Origin: Callorhinchus milii
Taxonomy: Eukaryota
Direction of reading: 5' to 3'
Assembly: GCF_018977255.1 (NCBI RefSeq)
Contig: NW_024704742.1
Coordinates: 44,890,001-44,954,000, forward strand
Length of the DNA: 64,000 nucleotides
The translations under genes and the position numbers were made by a program. The notes below the pieces were generated by a model that did not search any database, was not told where the DNA came from, and saw only the letters and a list, made by a program, of their open reading frames with translations. Below are positions 62,370-64,000 of the stretch, piece after piece (position 1 is the first letter of the stretch; every line of letters starts with the position of its first letter).

Positions 62370-62778
62370 TAAAAATAATCCTTGCATTTGGTACAGTGTT
62401 GCCTTATTACATATTCACAACATCTCAAAGTGCTTTGCAGTATTTACTGTAGAATGTATTGTCTGCATATCTGTAGGCAACATGGCAACCAATTTGTGCA
62501 CAACAATGTCCCCCAAACAGCAATAAAGCTGATGATTATTATTTGAGAGATTGTTGGCCAAAACACTAGGAGAAACACCCTTCTTCCTTCTTTTATGCCC
62601 ACCTGAATAAATGAACAAACAGATGGAACCTCAGTTTAATGTCTTATTTGCTGGATGCTCCCCCAGGAGTGCACGGGAGTGTCAGCCTAGATTATGTGAG
62701 TTGAAAATCCCTATGTGGGACATGAACCCACACCTCCTAACTCAAAAGCAAGAGTGATACCAACTGAGCTATGCTGAA
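62370..62778 (-). mobile_element. Deu-domain SINE
   Basis: Tail aataatccttgcatttg; ggagtgtcagcctagattatgtg; agagtgataccaactgagctatgctga head. Confidence 0.85.
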
Positions 62779-62982
62779 AATCTGTTTTGTGACAAGGCAC
62801 GTTGCTCAATTGTTAATAGATGCAATTTGGCCAAGTAGCCATTTTCTGTCTTCAACTGGTAGATATATTGCATTCAGTCTTTACGTAAAATTGAAGATCA
62901 CACAGAATTGTGGACAATTCTTCAATTTAATCTTAAATTGGAAACTGGTTCATTTTAAGCCCTGTGGTTCAAATTGATCTTA

Positions 62983-63584
62983 CAACAACCACAAAATTAT
63001 ATTTATAGAGCGCCTTTCACGTCAGGAGGACGTCCCAAAACGCTGGACAGTCAGGGGTCGGGATCCGAGCATGGGGTTGAGGTGAGGGAAGGCAGAGAGG
63101 TGGAAGGGTGACCGAAGACACGATCGAAGAGAAGAGTCTTGAGACCAGTCTTGAAGGAGGCAAGGGAGGAGGCGAGGTGAAGGGACTGTGGGATGGAGTT
63201 CCAGAGTGTGGGGGCAGGAAGGCTGAAAGCCCGGCCACTGATGGTAGGGCGGGTCGAGTGGGAGACTTGGAGCAGGCCGGAGCCCACTAAATGGAGGGAG
63301 TGGGCAGGTTGGTAGGGAGTCAGCAGGTCAGAGAGATAGGAGGGGGCGAGGCCATGGATGGCCTTGAAAGTAAGGATGAGGATCTTGAATTCGATCCTCT
63401 GAGTGGGAGGAGAGGAAAGAGTGAAGCTGGACAGGAAAGGGAGGTTTGAGATGGTCCGGTAGCTGGATAGCTGTGATGGGTCAAGAGAAGGTTTCTTCAA
63501 GGTGGGGGTGATAGTGGCTGTTTTGAGCGGAATAGGAACAGTGCCAGATGACAGGGAGGAACAGTGCCAGATTACAGTGCCAGA
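62983..63584 (-). mobile_element. L2 with the RT core deleted, flanked by 8-bp TSD
   Basis: KKPSLDPSQLSSYRTISNLPFLS joined to TQRIEFKILILTFKAIHGLAPSYL; tgatctta at 62975-62982 and 63585-63592. Confidence 0.93.
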
Positions 63585-64000
63585 TGATCTTAAATTTGAA
63601 GACTAAAGGGTTCTACAAACTAATTCAGGCCTTTGGCTATTGCTCTGATTAACAGCACCATAATTTGAATCGCAGATGTTTTTCCTGGATTTGGATGTTT
63701 ACTGGTCTTACTGTATGTGAATGAAAGTAGTTGGGGACAGAGGGATTCTTCAATTTCCAAACCATAATATAAGATTGCATGATCCAGAGTGGCCATTTGT
63801 CAACGCTTCTGCATCATGATGTCATTAATTACGAGACTGTCATGGTCTCAGCAAAAGCTGGTTGGTTCCATCAGCTAACAACGTGCTTCAAATAATGTAG
63901 TGCACTTCAAACTATATCATCTTGTTTCAAATGCCATTGTGGTGCTGGTATAGCTTGAAACCCGGCAACGGGATTTCATCAACATTTGAAATGCTGCCAA

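Noticed and set aside
1..64000. CRISPR array, operon or prokaryotic defence system
   Set aside because: The DNA is vertebrate; the recurring hairpin repeats are dispersed LINE/SINE tails, not regularly spaced repeat-spacer units.

Overview
This is repeat-rich, AT-rich vertebrate genomic DNA (intergenic or a very large intron). I could not identify any protein-coding gene. The repeat content points to a cartilaginous fish, plausibly a chimaera or elephant shark; this is inferred from repeat families only. The long ORFs I could assign are decayed L2 reverse-transcriptase fragments or their alternate and antisense frames. The window holds many L2 copies ending in (TTG)n and a tRNA-Ala-headed SINE ending in (TTA)n, present in long and short forms. 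It also holds many Deu-domain (SacSINE1-like) SINEs, CR1 fragments, LF-SINE-like relics and another ancient SINE-like family. Points of most interest: (1) a shared 3' stem-loop in the L2 and SINE tails with compensatory base changes, including ~60-nt insertions made of that hairpin alone; (2) three fragments of a heavily decayed LINE of a different, I-group-like clade; (3) a ~400-bp fold-back MITE-like element; (4) several nested insertions with target-site duplications (TSDs); (5) isolated candidate exons, notably a 36-nt plus-strand microexon. I found no clear evidence of a novel multi-gene system. Repeat boundaries were read by eye and are approximate unless a TSD is given.
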